Below, piece by piece: positions 21,603-31,800 of a stretch of 64,000 bases of DNA. Each line of letters starts with the position of its first letter. Within the stretch, counting starts at the first letter, position 1. Source of the DNA: a virus (Duplodnaviria > Heunggongvirae > Uroviricota > Caudoviricetes); the IMG/VR virus record IMGVR_UViG_2740892229_000011; one strand, given 5' to 3'. The position numbers and the translations under genes are program-made. Below the pieces are notes generated by a model, which was not told the DNA's origin, ran no database searches, and saw only the letters and a program-made list of their open reading frames with translations.

Positions 21603-21689
21603 GGGGAGTTAGTCCGTAGGGGCAGCGGGGTAGACTGTAAATCTACTGTCATTGCGACTCGGGTGGTTCGACTCCATCACTCCCCACCA
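21603..21689 (+). tRNA. tRNA-Tyr (anticodon GTA), long variable arm
   Basis: Acceptor ggggagt/actcccc, anticodon arm gtaga-CTGTAAA-tctac, long variable arm, T-loop 'ttcgact', CCA encoded. Confidence 0.6.
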
Positions 21690-21693
21690 AATT

Positions 21694-21769
21694 GCCGGTT
21701 TAGCTCAGTTGGTAGAGCGCCTGCCTTGTAAGCAGGATGTCAGCGGTTCGATCCCGTTAACCGGCACCA
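21694..21769 (+). tRNA. tRNA-Thr (anticodon TGT)
   Basis: Acceptor gccggtt/aaccggc, D-arm 'agctcagttggtagagc', anticodon arm cctgc-CTTGTAA-gcagg, T-loop 'ttcgatc', CCA encoded. Confidence 0.7.
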
Positions 21770-22089
21770 ACACAACAGGTAAGAGCATTGGGCGAATCGG
21801 CGATACTGACCCACAAGCCCGTAAATCGATAGAGTCAGACCAGTGCTCTTACCGTTGTGAGGAAGTGCAGCTCTTTGAAGCAACCAGAAGATAAGCATCT
21901 GGCTTCACAACACAACGATAAGATCATTACGGTTAATCGTCGTTCATGTGCACAATGACTGGTCGAAAGGTAGTGATCTTACCGTTGTGATGAATGCACA
22001 GGCTGATGTGCCGCAACTACAGTAGTGCGCGCTTTGCGGGGCTTGCTACAACCCTGTGTCGGAGTTCAGCACCGACCATCACAATAGCT

Positions 22090-22176
22090 GGAGAGTAGGG
22101 AGCATGGTGCTCAAGCGGTCTTGAAATCCGTCCCATTGTGCAAACGATGATGGTTCGATTCCATTACTCTCCGCCA
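22090..22176 (+). tRNA. Probable tRNA-Ser (anticodon TGA), long variable arm
   Basis: Acceptor ggagagt/actctcc, anticodon loop 'cttgaaa', T-arm gatgg-ttcgatt-ccatt, 3' gCCA; D-arm and anticodon stem pair imperfectly, so less certain. Confidence 0.45.
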
Positions 22177-22333
22177 GACACAGCGTTGAGCGGTTTGGCC
22201 TTTTAATCACCCAGATTAAGACTCCGCTAACATAAACCAGACCGCTCAACGCTGTGATAGACAATTACGGCAGACGTTCTTAACCATAGCTTGCTAACAT
22301 CCTAGCAACACTTTTTTTCAGCGCAAAATTCAA

Positions 22334-22354
22334 AGGGGCTTCGGCCCCTTTTTT
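22334..22354 (+). terminator. Rho-independent terminator after tRNA region
   Basis: 'aggggcttcggcccct' hairpin followed by 'tttttt'. Confidence 0.65.
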
Positions 22355-22397
22355 GCAACTGAAAGAGTCAAGTCTACGAACTTTGTAGGAAGAAATA

Positions 22398-22748
22398 ATG
22401 ACCAGCAAAGAGAACACACCACTAAAAGTCACCCCTGAACACATTGAACAACTCATTCAAAGTGAACATTATTTCACTGCATATGATGCCAGCCACGGGG
22501 ATAACTTCATCTCTGTTTACAATTCAAAAACAGATATCGACAAAGGTCATGAGTCGTTAAAACTCTTAACGTTCTGCGTTATGGTTCTCAAAAATGGATA
22601 TACCGTAACGGGAAAATCTGCGTGCGTAAGACCAGAAATCTTCAACTTTGATGTTGGTCGCGAGTACGCTCGAAAAGATGCTATCGATCAAATCTGGCCA
22701 CTGGAAGGCTATCTCCTGAAGCAAAAGTGGCATGAGGCAAAGCAATGA
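22398..22748 (+). CDS. Hypothetical protein
   Basis: 116-aa ORF; start overlaps glutaredoxin gene. Confidence 0.4.
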   Translation: MTSKENTPLKVTPEHIEQLIQSEHYFTAYDASHGDNFISVYNSKTDIDKGHESLKLLTFCVMVLKNGYTVTGKSACVRPEIFNFDVGREYARKDAIDQIWPLEGYLLKQKWHEAKQ

Positions 22749-22990
22749 CGATCACTATCTACGGACGAGATAACTGCTCATACTGCAAACGTGCAGTCGA
22801 GCTGGCGAAGCAACTAAAGGGACATGGCTACGGTGATTATGAGTACATCGACATCACCACTGCCGGTATCGACAAGGAAAAACTAAGTGAAATTGTTGGT
22901 AAACCGGTAGAGACTATCCCCAAGGTGCTGATCGATGGCCAGCCGATTGGCGGATACACAGAACTGGCTGCATACGTCAGCACCCTCTGA
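22745..22990 (+). CDS. Glutaredoxin / NrdH-like redoxin
   Basis: 'TIYGRDNCSYCKRAVELAK' with a CxxC active site near the N-terminus; 81 aa. Confidence 0.7.
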   Translation: MTITIYGRDNCSYCKRAVELAKQLKGHGYGDYEYIDITTAGIDKEKLSEIVGKPVETIPKVLIDGQPIGGYTELAAYVSTL

Positions 22991-23200
22991 TTTTAACGGC
23001 TCACAGGAGCCGTTTTTATTCCCACCAAACTCACTCCCATTTCCCTTAAAATTCAAAAAACAACGTCAAAATGATTCCATACCTACTATGTATGGAATCA
23101 TTGCTGAAAATGAGTTACTTTTACTCTTGATCCTATAAGAATCTATGCCTAATATACTGTTTACTTATACAGTGCATCGGCGTAACTCGGTGATTGTCAT

Positions 23201-24304
23201 ATGAAAAATAGCTTTGACAGAGCACGCGCTGCGGAGAACACCTCAAAAGAGGCGATAGAGTATCTCGAAAGAGCATCTCAAATGCAGGCCGTTATGATCT
23301 CCCAGGTCAGCAATGACATGAGATTCTCGGACGCATTCATGTTATTCACTCGCTTATCTCTGCTGATAACCAGACGTCGGCCAGAGATCGCTGTTCATTG
23401 TATTTTGATACATGTTTTGCCGCACATTGCCGATGTAAAAGTAAGTGACATTAATAGGTTCATGGTGAACCAACTGGTCAACCCACTAATACTGGATGGC
23501 AAAATTGTTATGGGCCGCCGCGTTTTCTCTCTGATGAAGCAGTTCCTTAGCTGGTGCGCCTTCCAGGGGATGATAGACGTGTCACCGTTAAACGATATGT
23601 CACTTAACAAAGTTGCCGGTGGCGCAAAGCCCACACCTCGCGAGCGGAAGCTGACCGACGCAGAGGTATGGGTGTTCTGGAATATATGGGACTACTTCAA
23701 TGTGTGTGCTGGTACAAAATGGGCGGCCAGGCTATGTCTTGTATCCGCAAGACGACCTGACGAAGTACTGCGGGCTAAAAAAAGTGAGTTCAATCTTAAG
23801 CGTGGGGTTTGGAATCAAGGCAAGAGGAACAAATCTGCCCGTGAGCATTCTCTGCCTTTAAGCTCATTAATGCGCACTTGTATTGAAGAGTTGTTCGAAT
23901 ATGGTAAAGACAGCCAGTGGCTCGTGCCTTCGAATAAAAAAATCGGGAAAGACCTTCCTATGTCTAAAGTGGCAATAGCCCAGGCATTACGTCGTATTCT
24001 GGAACGACCAGAACTGATGGAGCTTGAGCCATTTACACCCCGAGATTTGCGCCGTACTGCGCGTAGTTACTTCCCAGCATTAGGCATAAGCCAGGAGGTA
24101 TCACGTAAAATCATGAACCACAGTCTTGAGGGGATAGATCGGGTCTACGACCGGCACGATTATATGGACGAGATGCGAGACGCCTTAGAAAGTTTCTCGA
24201 CGTACATCGCATCAATCGTAGAGCAACCGGATTTAGACGAAATTGACCACAAATTTAAGGGAGATCGTCTATCAACAGAGCTTATTCGTGTAAATTTTTC
24301 ATAG
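23201..24304 (+). CDS. int: Tyrosine recombinase / phage integrase
   Basis: C-terminal catalytic region 'ARRPDEVLRAK...PFTPRDLRRTARSY...HSLEGIDRVYDRHDY' (R...H-x-x-R...Y pattern); about 1 kb downstream of the tRNA array. Confidence 0.75.
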   Translation: MKNSFDRARAAENTSKEAIEYLERASQMQAVMISQVSNDMRFSDAFMLFTRLSLLITRRRPEIAVHCILIHVLPHIADVKVSDINRFMVNQLVNPLILDGKIVMGRRVFSLMKQFLSWCAFQGMIDVSPLNDMSLNKVAGGAKPTPRERKLTDAEVWVFWNIWDYFNVCAGTKWAARLCLVSARRPDEVLRAKKSEFNLKRGVWNQGKRNKSAREHSLPLSSLMRTCIEELFEYGKDSQWLVPSNKKIGKDLPMSKVAIAQALRRILERPELMELEPFTPRDLRRTARSYFPALGISQEVSRKIMNHSLEGIDRVYDRHDYMDEMRDALESFSTYIASIVEQPDLDEIDHKFKGDRLSTELIRVNFS

Positions 24305-24685
24305 AGACTTTATGGCCTCAACAACCTTTTGTGATGCGCCTTTCTCTTTACCGAATCGCTCGTTATATGCAGCAAGAACCTGTTTTTCGTCCTCGTTAAG
24401 AGGAGCAGTGCCTTCTTTGTATAAAAATGCTGCGAGTTCGGGTTGGCGTTCTTCCAGCACCATCATCATAAGACGACTTGGCTCAATACCCAGTGCCAGC
24501 GCCAGCGGACGAACCTTATCGATAGGCAAAGGAATTTTGCCGCTTTTAATTAAAGAAAGGTTGTTGGCGTTTTTATACCCAATTGTTTTGGCTATCTGGG
24601 CCTGGCTCATAGGTGAGGATTCAATCAACCCTGCGATAAAAGCAGCGTAGCGACTTTCTATAAATTCAATCTTGTTATCAGACAT
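24299..24685 (-). CDS. HTH (XRE/CI-Cro-like) transcriptional repressor
   Basis: 128 aa; 'MSQAQIAKTIGYKNANNLSLIKSGKIPLPIDKVRPLALALGIEP' helix-turn-helix; convergent with int; the upstream region at about 24707-24727 carries the dispersed 'ggtaagtgcttacc' palindrome. Confidence 0.65.
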   Translation of the reverse strand: MSDNKIEFIESRYAAFIAGLIESSPMSQAQIAKTIGYKNANNLSLIKSGKIPLPIDKVRPLALALGIEPSRLMMMVLEERQPELAAFLYKEGTAPLNEDEKQVLAAYNERFGKEKGASQKVVEAIKSL

Positions 24686-24936
24686 GGTTACAACCTTTGC
24701 GCGTTCAATTCTCTCTGGTAAGTGCTTACCGATATTACATCAAAGGTTAGGGTTGTAAAGCTATTATCATTTTTTTCGATAGGCACTTAAAAGACCGGTT
24801 AAAGGCCATTGCACGGAGAAAAATTAGCCCAAAACAGGTAAGAAAATCAACTTGCATATGATATGAATGTATTCAGTATTGATACAAATTTTAGTAGTAT
24901 TCCTTACCATAGTATAAGTTAGAATGGATTGATTGA

Positions 24937-25149
24937 ATGAACACCACTATTTCCAGCCTAATCGCTCTTGAGATCGGACACGTACAGAAATTAGCTGATG
25001 AGTGTGTAGCTGACATCCTCACCGATCTACCGAATGAGCAGATTCAGGTTGGTGTGAATGACACAACTGGATTTATATTCGAACTTAACAACAAACGCTT
25101 CACGCTTCTCAATACCGGCTCCGGGTCTTTAGCCGTCAGAATCTGTTAA
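24937..25149 (+). CDS. Hypothetical small protein, divergent from repressor
   Basis: 70-aa ORF in Cro-like position opposite the HTH gene; no clear HTH seen. Confidence 0.3.
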   Translation: MNTTISSLIALEIGHVQKLADECVADILTDLPNEQIQVGVNDTTGFIFELNNKRFTLLNTGSGSLAVRIC

Positions 25150-25247
25150 CCCCTCTTCTCCCTGCGCGAATGGCTTAGTTCCCTGTTCGCGCAGTGCTAC
25201 ATTAAACACACTAGTAAATAATTTGTTTTCATAACAAAGGATTAGCC

Positions 25248-27356
25248 ATGTCTAAAAAACGTTCCATCAAAGAGGTTCAGGACTTCCGTGACAGTGTAAA
25301 ACGAGTAGTCGCTCTCCTTTCAGGTAAAAACATCCCTGTTGCAGAACGAGGGGACGACGCTTATGTATGCTATAACGATGATGGAGAGCCAATTCTCGTA
25401 AACATCCCATCAATCCCGGATAACGCAACACCGGCATTGATGAATGCTGTGCGCGGATTTCTCGATCATGAGGTTGCTCACATTTTGTTTACCGATATTC
25501 GTGTGTCCAACAAAATGAGAGAAAAAGGACGCGTTCCTTCCTGGTCGCTATGGAATGCCTTAGAAGACGTGTTCATCGAGCGAAAAATGGGTCAGGTCTT
25601 TAACGGAACAAGACGTAATCTGATGGCAACTCAGCGCCTTATAATCGAAAAAGTCTTTAAACCAAAGGCTTCAGAGGCTATTGCTTATTGTGGCAAAGAT
25701 CAGCGCGCGCTTTTTCTAAACTTCTTTCTCTGTCCGGTTGTAAGAGCCTGGGATGGCCAAGCACCGTTCGTAGATTTCATGGATGAATATTGGCCTGTCA
25801 TTGAGAAACCAATTTCATTATTAAAAGAACATGGTATCGATGTGGCCGTGCGTAACATGTCTTGCACCGAGGATTGTGTAAAGGTGGCTGCGACCATAGC
25901 TAAGATCCTCAAAGACACTGAAAGTGAAAGCAAAGGTAAGGAGTCAGCTCCGGGAAAAACTTCCGATCCTTCAGACGCTGAACAGACGGATGCCTCTGGA
26001 GAAAACAATGAAGATAACGAAGATCATGAGACACCCTCAGCGTTAGATAATCACAAATCTATCAAATCAGAATCACACAGTAAGCACAAACATGATAATA
26101 ACGACGGTGATGATTCAGATAATTCTGAATCATCAGAAACAATATTCGATGATACAGAAAATGATAAAGAGGTATCAGATTCTGATGCTTCTGATAACGC
26201 GGTGTCAGAATCATTTACCGCTGACCACGAAAAAAGAAAAACGACAGAAGACGGCTCTTCAGATATCCCAACTCCGTCAAAAATGAGTCTGGAAGAGGCT
26301 TTAGAGGAGCTGGATAGCATAGAAGATGAAGTCGGAGGCATGACAGAAGATGCTCTATCCGAAACGATTAAAAGCGAGTTAACAGAAAGCTCGAAAAGCG
26401 AATACAGGCCATACAATCGCTCATACGACTTCATCGGCTCGATTGATCAGGCAGAAGCCCATATCAAACGGCTTATTAAAACATTCTCCGATATTGATTT
26501 AGGAGGATATCCAATCAGCCGCTATCGCATCGTTCCTGAAGGCAACCAGCTCTTCGACAAATATATTGAAAAGCATCTTTCGTCAGGTGTTTCGTCGACG
26601 CTGGCAAAAGACCTGGAGCGAGCAATAGCAAGCAGAAACAGAGTTCAGTTTATACCGGGCCAGCGTCGGGGGCGCATTCATGGTTCTAGTATCTACAGAT
26701 TAGCAATGAATGATGATCGCGTGTTTCGTAAAAAAGAAGAATCTAAAGCCGTTAACGCCTGTGTTCAACAAGTGATTGATTTATCAGGTTCAATGAGTGG
26801 TATAACGATACAATTGGCTCTTGCAAGTGCATATACCATCGCCGATGCCCTTGATCGAATAAATGTTCCCAACATTATCACCGGCTTCACTACATTTGGT
26901 AGTCATATGGCGGCAGGAGAACTTAAGGCTGTCAAGTATGAGTTCTCTCGCTTTGAATCTTTAATGCTACCTATCATCAAAAATTGGAATGAAAAGGTAA
27001 ATTCTCGCGAAGTTCGCTCACGTATGGGGTGCGTAGGCTACACATTCCCACTTCTTAATAACGTGGATGGTGAAAGCATAGCCAGCCTTGCATCGTTATT
27101 TTCCGGTCGCATGGAGGACAGGAAGATCATGCTTGTTCTGAGTGATGGCGCGCCGTGGGCTGTTGGGAGAGGTTTTGACGCTCATTTGCGTTCGGTTGCG
27201 AAGCAAATTGAAACGCAGACTGACATTGATTTGATGGCAATTGGCATCATGACTGACGCACCGGAGAGATTTTACTCAAATCATGCCCTGGTAACGAGCG
27301 TTGATAGTCTTGGTTCATCTGTAGTTACTGAACTATCTCGTATCATTTTGAAGTGA
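25248..27356 (+). CDS. CobT-like protein with C-terminal von Willebrand A (MIDAS) domain and long acidic linker
   Basis: 702 aa; MIDAS motif 'VIDLSGSMSG'; highly acidic Ser/Asp/Glu tract in the middle; paired with the downstream AAA ATPase. Confidence 0.6.
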   Translation: MSKKRSIKEVQDFRDSVKRVVALLSGKNIPVAERGDDAYVCYNDDGEPILVNIPSIPDNATPALMNAVRGFLDHEVAHILFTDIRVSNKMREKGRVPSWSLWNALEDVFIERKMGQVFNGTRRNLMATQRLIIEKVFKPKASEAIAYCGKDQRALFLNFFLCPVVRAWDGQAPFVDFMDEYWPVIEKPISLLKEHGIDVAVRNMSCTEDCVKVAATIAKILKDTESESKGKESAPGKTSDPSDAEQTDASGENNEDNEDHETPSALDNHKSIKSESHSKHKHDNNDGDDSDNSESSETIFDDTENDKEVSDSDASDNAVSESFTADHEKRKTTEDGSSDIPTPSKMSLEEALEELDSIEDEVGGMTEDALSETIKSELTESSKSEYRPYNRSYDFIGSIDQAEAHIKRLIKTFSDIDLGGYPISRYRIVPEGNQLFDKYIEKHLSSGVSSTLAKDLERAIASRNRVQFIPGQRRGRIHGSSIYRLAMNDDRVFRKKEESKAVNACVQQVIDLSGSMSGITIQLALASAYTIADALDRINVPNIITGFTTFGSHMAAGELKAVKYEFSRFESLMLPIIKNWNEKVNSREVRSRMGCVGYTFPLLNNVDGESIASLASLFSGRMEDRKIMLVLSDGAPWAVGRGFDAHLRSVAKQIETQTDIDLMAIGIMTDAPERFYSNHALVTSVDSLGSSVVTELSRIILK

Positions 27357-27451
27357 ATAAAACAGCCTTAATGATAAGTAACCACTTACGATAGTTAATG
27401 GTATATTTATATAAGAAGTTGAACGCTCATTAGAGAACAAAGGAAAAACGC

Positions 27452-28687
27452 ATGACGACTACTGCACTGCAAAATGAAAAAAATCATTCTGATTACCTTG
27501 TTTGCAAGTGGTGCGGCAAATCATTTCACTATTTTAAGTCCCATGTAGCCAATGGTAATTGCGAGGGCATTCCTGAGTCAGTAAAAGATGCCGATCCTGA
27601 CACCGTACTGAAAATGTACACAACGCAGTTTCCAGATGAGCCAACGCTATCGAAAAAGGCACTTGATGCAATTCAAGCTAAACGTGCCGAGCAAAAAAGC
27701 GAAATGGCCAAATCTTCTGGCTTGACCAGTAGCCCTGGCTACACAGGCACAGTTGAGTACAAGACAGATCTGGTCGCAGCTCACGAACTGCTAAACGTAA
27801 CGGTGGAAGAACTCGGAACAAAACGTGGGACGCCGCTCATGGTTAGCGTCAACGTCAATACGCCGTATCCAGAGTTCGTTCCAGAAGTGAAGAAGGGCTA
27901 CGTATATGGCGACTTCGAACTGATCAAAGATATTTTCATGATGCTTGAACTTGGCATACCTGGCTATTTGTGGGGTCATGCAGGAACAGGCAAATCGTCA
28001 TTGCCTACACAGCTATGTGCTTTGCTCAATCGTCCGTTGATCCGTGCCCAACATACAGCATCAATGGAAGAGGCACATGTTACGGGGCAAATTCTGGCGC
28101 GTGATGGCTCTACGTATTTCGAGCCTGGCTTGCTTGCGCTCGCAATGAAGCATGGCTGGGTTTACCTCGCGGATGAATACGACTTTGCGTTTCCACAGAT
28201 TCTTGGCGTGTATCAGCCAGTGCTGGAAGGTGAAGCGTTGGTCATCAAAGAGGCGACTCCAGAATGGCGTCGCATTACTCCGCATGAACGGTTTGCTTTC
28301 ATTGGCACTGGCAACACGAACGGATCTGGTGATGAAACCGGCTTGTACCAGGGTACAAACATCCAGAACGCCGCGAACTTTTCGCGTTTTGGCATCGTTT
28401 CGAATGTGAAATACATGAGCAAAGAGGCAGAGATCAACATGTTGATAAATGCCGGTATCGTGGGTGAATACGCAGAAAAGATGGTTAAGTTTGCCGGTAT
28501 CGTTCGCGATGGATACGAAGAACACCTTATCAGTCAGCCAATTGGCCCTCGTGAACTTTTGTTGTCGGCCAAGATTGGAATGATGCGAGGCGACTTTGTG
28601 ACAGGTATTGAGCGTTCTTTCATTAACAAACTCCCTTCAGCTTCTGCACAAGCGGCTCGTGAAGTTGTTCAAAAAATATTTGGTTGA
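27452..28687 (+). CDS. CobS-like / MoxR-type AAA+ ATPase with N-terminal zinc ribbon
   Basis: 'CKWCGKSFHYFKSHVANGNC' zinc ribbon; Walker A 'GHAGTGKSS'; Walker B 'VYLADEYDF'. Confidence 0.65.
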   Translation: MTTTALQNEKNHSDYLVCKWCGKSFHYFKSHVANGNCEGIPESVKDADPDTVLKMYTTQFPDEPTLSKKALDAIQAKRAEQKSEMAKSSGLTSSPGYTGTVEYKTDLVAAHELLNVTVEELGTKRGTPLMVSVNVNTPYPEFVPEVKKGYVYGDFELIKDIFMMLELGIPGYLWGHAGTGKSSLPTQLCALLNRPLIRAQHTASMEEAHVTGQILARDGSTYFEPGLLALAMKHGWVYLADEYDFAFPQILGVYQPVLEGEALVIKEATPEWRRITPHERFAFIGTGNTNGSGDETGLYQGTNIQNAANFSRFGIVSNVKYMSKEAEINMLINAGIVGEYAEKMVKFAGIVRDGYEEHLISQPIGPRELLLSAKIGMMRGDFVTGIERSFINKLPSASAQAAREVVQKIFG

Positions 28688-28867
28688 TCGTGCGTAAAGG
28701 ATGTTTCGGCTCTCTTATCGCTGCTTCTGAAACTGGTAAGGCTTGTCTGGTGTGTCCAGACAAGCCTGATTGTCACCAATCAGCAAAAGAAGTTGCGATT
28801 TCGATGCATGGGAAGTTCGTAGGCTTCCCAAATGACAAAATCAAAAAAACCAGAAAGGTAAAAACAC

Positions 28868-31800
28868 ATGAAGGCACTGATGGTTCGAACTGACTTCTCA
28901 CTTGGGGAGTCGGCTTTAAAAGCAGAAAACGCGGTGAAGATTGCCAGAGAAGCTGGCTACACCGCTGTAATTTCAGCAGATAGCATGAATATTGCGAGTG
29001 TTATTCCACTACAACGTGCCGCTGGTGACGACATGGCGGTTATTTGTGGTGTGAAACTAAATATCGTTGATGATCCCACATACGAGCACCGGGCTAAACT
29101 TGCTAAAGAATCTAAGGGATGTATGGAATCATTAGAGCGAGGACGTAACTACTCGTTTACCGCTCTAATTAAAAATGAGAAAGGATATCGCGACATCTGC
29201 GAACTAATGACGGCGGCCAACACACGAGAACAGTTCTACTTTGTACCGCGTCTCTCGCTCGAACAGTTGGTTTCTACATATGCCAAAGGCAACATCATCC
29301 TGCTTACTTCCGACATCGGTAGCGTGTTCCAACGCAACGATTTTGCAAAAATCATAAGCACACTGATTACAGCGGGTGGAAAAGACAACTTCTATAGTGT
29401 GGTTTATCCGCACCCTACCCCATTCTACGACCAGATTAACGTCCGGGCGATGAAAGTCGCCAGCGCATTGAAAATAGAGCCAGTGGCGTTCTATCCCGCT
29501 TATTACGAATCGATCGACGATGCAGACATTAAAGACATTGCGCACATGGTTACGAACAACATCAAAATCGACCAGCCGCATCGTCTGCGTATCCCCCACC
29601 AGCGAGATAACGCCGTCAATGGTCGCCGCCATCTCCTTGAGGCGCTTAAAGCCTTCTCCGTTCGCATGGATGTGCCGGTAACAGCTGCAATGGCCTCAAC
29701 AACGCAGGATACCATTATCGATGCCTGCACATGGCGCTGGCATGAATTGCCGCCAGCACTGCCAAAGATGGCAGACGACGAGCCTGCAACGCTTATGAAA
29801 CTGGCTGTTGCAGGGCTGCGTAAACGTCTTACCACAAAAGAGTTTGGCTACACACCACCTGCTTCTGAGAACAGGGTTTATGTTGAGCGGCTAAAGTACG
29901 AAATGGACACGCTGACTCGCCTGGGATTTTGTGGTTACTTCCTGATGGTACGCGATCTGATGAATCACAGCCGTGAAACTGGCATTCCTGTCGGGCCTGG
30001 TCGTGGTTCCTCCGCTGGCTCTTTGGTGGCATGGTGCATAGGCATAACCAACGTCGACCCTATCCGTCACGGTCTTCTGTTTGAACGTTTCATCAACCCT
30101 GAGCGTCTCGACTTGCCAGATGCGGATTTGGACTTCAGCCAGGCACGTCGCCATGAGGTGATCGAGTATCTGAATGAACGATACGGCGAAGATTACGTTG
30201 CGGGTATTCCGAACTTCACATATCTGGGCGCAGCCTCTGCACTACGTGACACCGCTCGTATTTATGGTGTGGAGTCCGCAGATATGGCGGTATCAAAAGA
30301 GCTGAGGAACGTCGAGGATGATAGCCTTCCATTGGAAGAGCTGCGCGAACAACTGGCAAGTCTCGACAAATACGCGACAAAATACCCTGATGCATTCAAT
30401 GCTGCCTGCAAGTTACAAAGTCTTATGCGTGGCTTTGGTAGACATGCGGCAGGGATGATCGTAGCAGGTGTTCCTCTGACAGAACGTACACCGGTTGAAC
30501 GCCGTGGTGACGCGCGTTGTATCGCATTTGACAAGCGTTACTGCGAGGCTATGGGCCTAATTAAGCTGGACGTACTTGGTCTGGCAACTCTCGATTTGCT
30601 CGATAGTGCAAAACGCTACATAAAAGAGAACACAGGTGAAGATATCAATCTTGATGCCATTTCTCTTGAAGATCGCAAGGTGCTGGATGGTTTTGCTGCT
30701 GGGTACACTCAAGGTGTTTTCCAGCTTGAATCAGGCCCAATGCGCAAGCTGCTTAAAGATTTAGGTGGTGGAATTGAGCCAATGAGCTTTAAAACGGTCG
30801 TTGCTACGACTGCGCTCTTCCGGCCGGGGCCAATTCAGTCAGGCATGTTGGATGATTATGTTTCTGTCGCCAAAGGCTTTATGACGCCGGAATCATTACA
30901 CCCCGTTCTTGATGAACTTACCGCAGAAACAAATGGCGTGATTCTCTATCAGGAACAGACGATGAACGCGACTCGATTGCTTGCCGGCTTCACAATGGCT
31001 GAAGCTGACGGTGTTCGTAAAGCGATCGGCAAAAAAGACATGGAGAAAATGAAGAGCATGGGTGAGAAGTTCATCGTTCAGGCTCAAGCTGGCTGGATCG
31101 ACGTTGAGCTGGAAGATGGCACTACACAGCGCATTCACCGTGCGGAACATTTTAAATGCGAAGACGGAACTCTGAAAACTGTCGAAGAGGCACTTGAGTT
31201 CGGTGCAAAACTACCTATAAACGCAGTACGCGTTACAGCGTCACATCCAGGGCTATCAGAGATGAAAGCGAAGGAGATCTGGACCGCATTCGAAAAGAAT
31301 GGTGCCTACCAGTTCAACAAATCACACTCTGTTGCTTACTCCTTAATCAGTTATCAATCTATGTGGTTGAAAACTCATTATCCCGCAGAGTTTTTCGCTG
31401 CTGCTCTCACTATTCTTGGCGAAGATAAACACCAGGGGCTGGTTAAAGATGCGCTGACCTATGGTATTCGCGTATTGCCACCAGACGTTAACGTGTCATC
31501 TAACCGAATCGAGATCCGCACGCTTGAAGATGGCAGCCAGGTGCTGTATGCGCCCTTCTCTGCTGTGAAGGGGTGTTCTGAGAATGGCTGCCAGGCCATC
31601 ATGAGAGCGCGAGAAAAGGTTGGCGGCAAATTCGAGTCACTTGCGCAATTCGAAGAAGCTGTCGAGAAACGTGCCTGTAATAGTCGAGTGCGCGAATCGC
31701 TGCAAAAAGTAGGGGCGTTTGCATCCATCGAGCCAGGTAGTCTGCCAGCAACTGATCCAGAGCGCCTCCGCGACCAGGCTGAATTGATGGGAAACCTTGT

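Noticed and set aside
26051-26434. 127-aa minus-strand ORF and 64-aa plus-strand ORF within the acidic tract of the CobT-like gene
   Set aside because: Low-complexity Ser/Asp/Glu-coding DNA generates spurious ORFs in other frames; the region is part of the 702-aa CobT-like protein.
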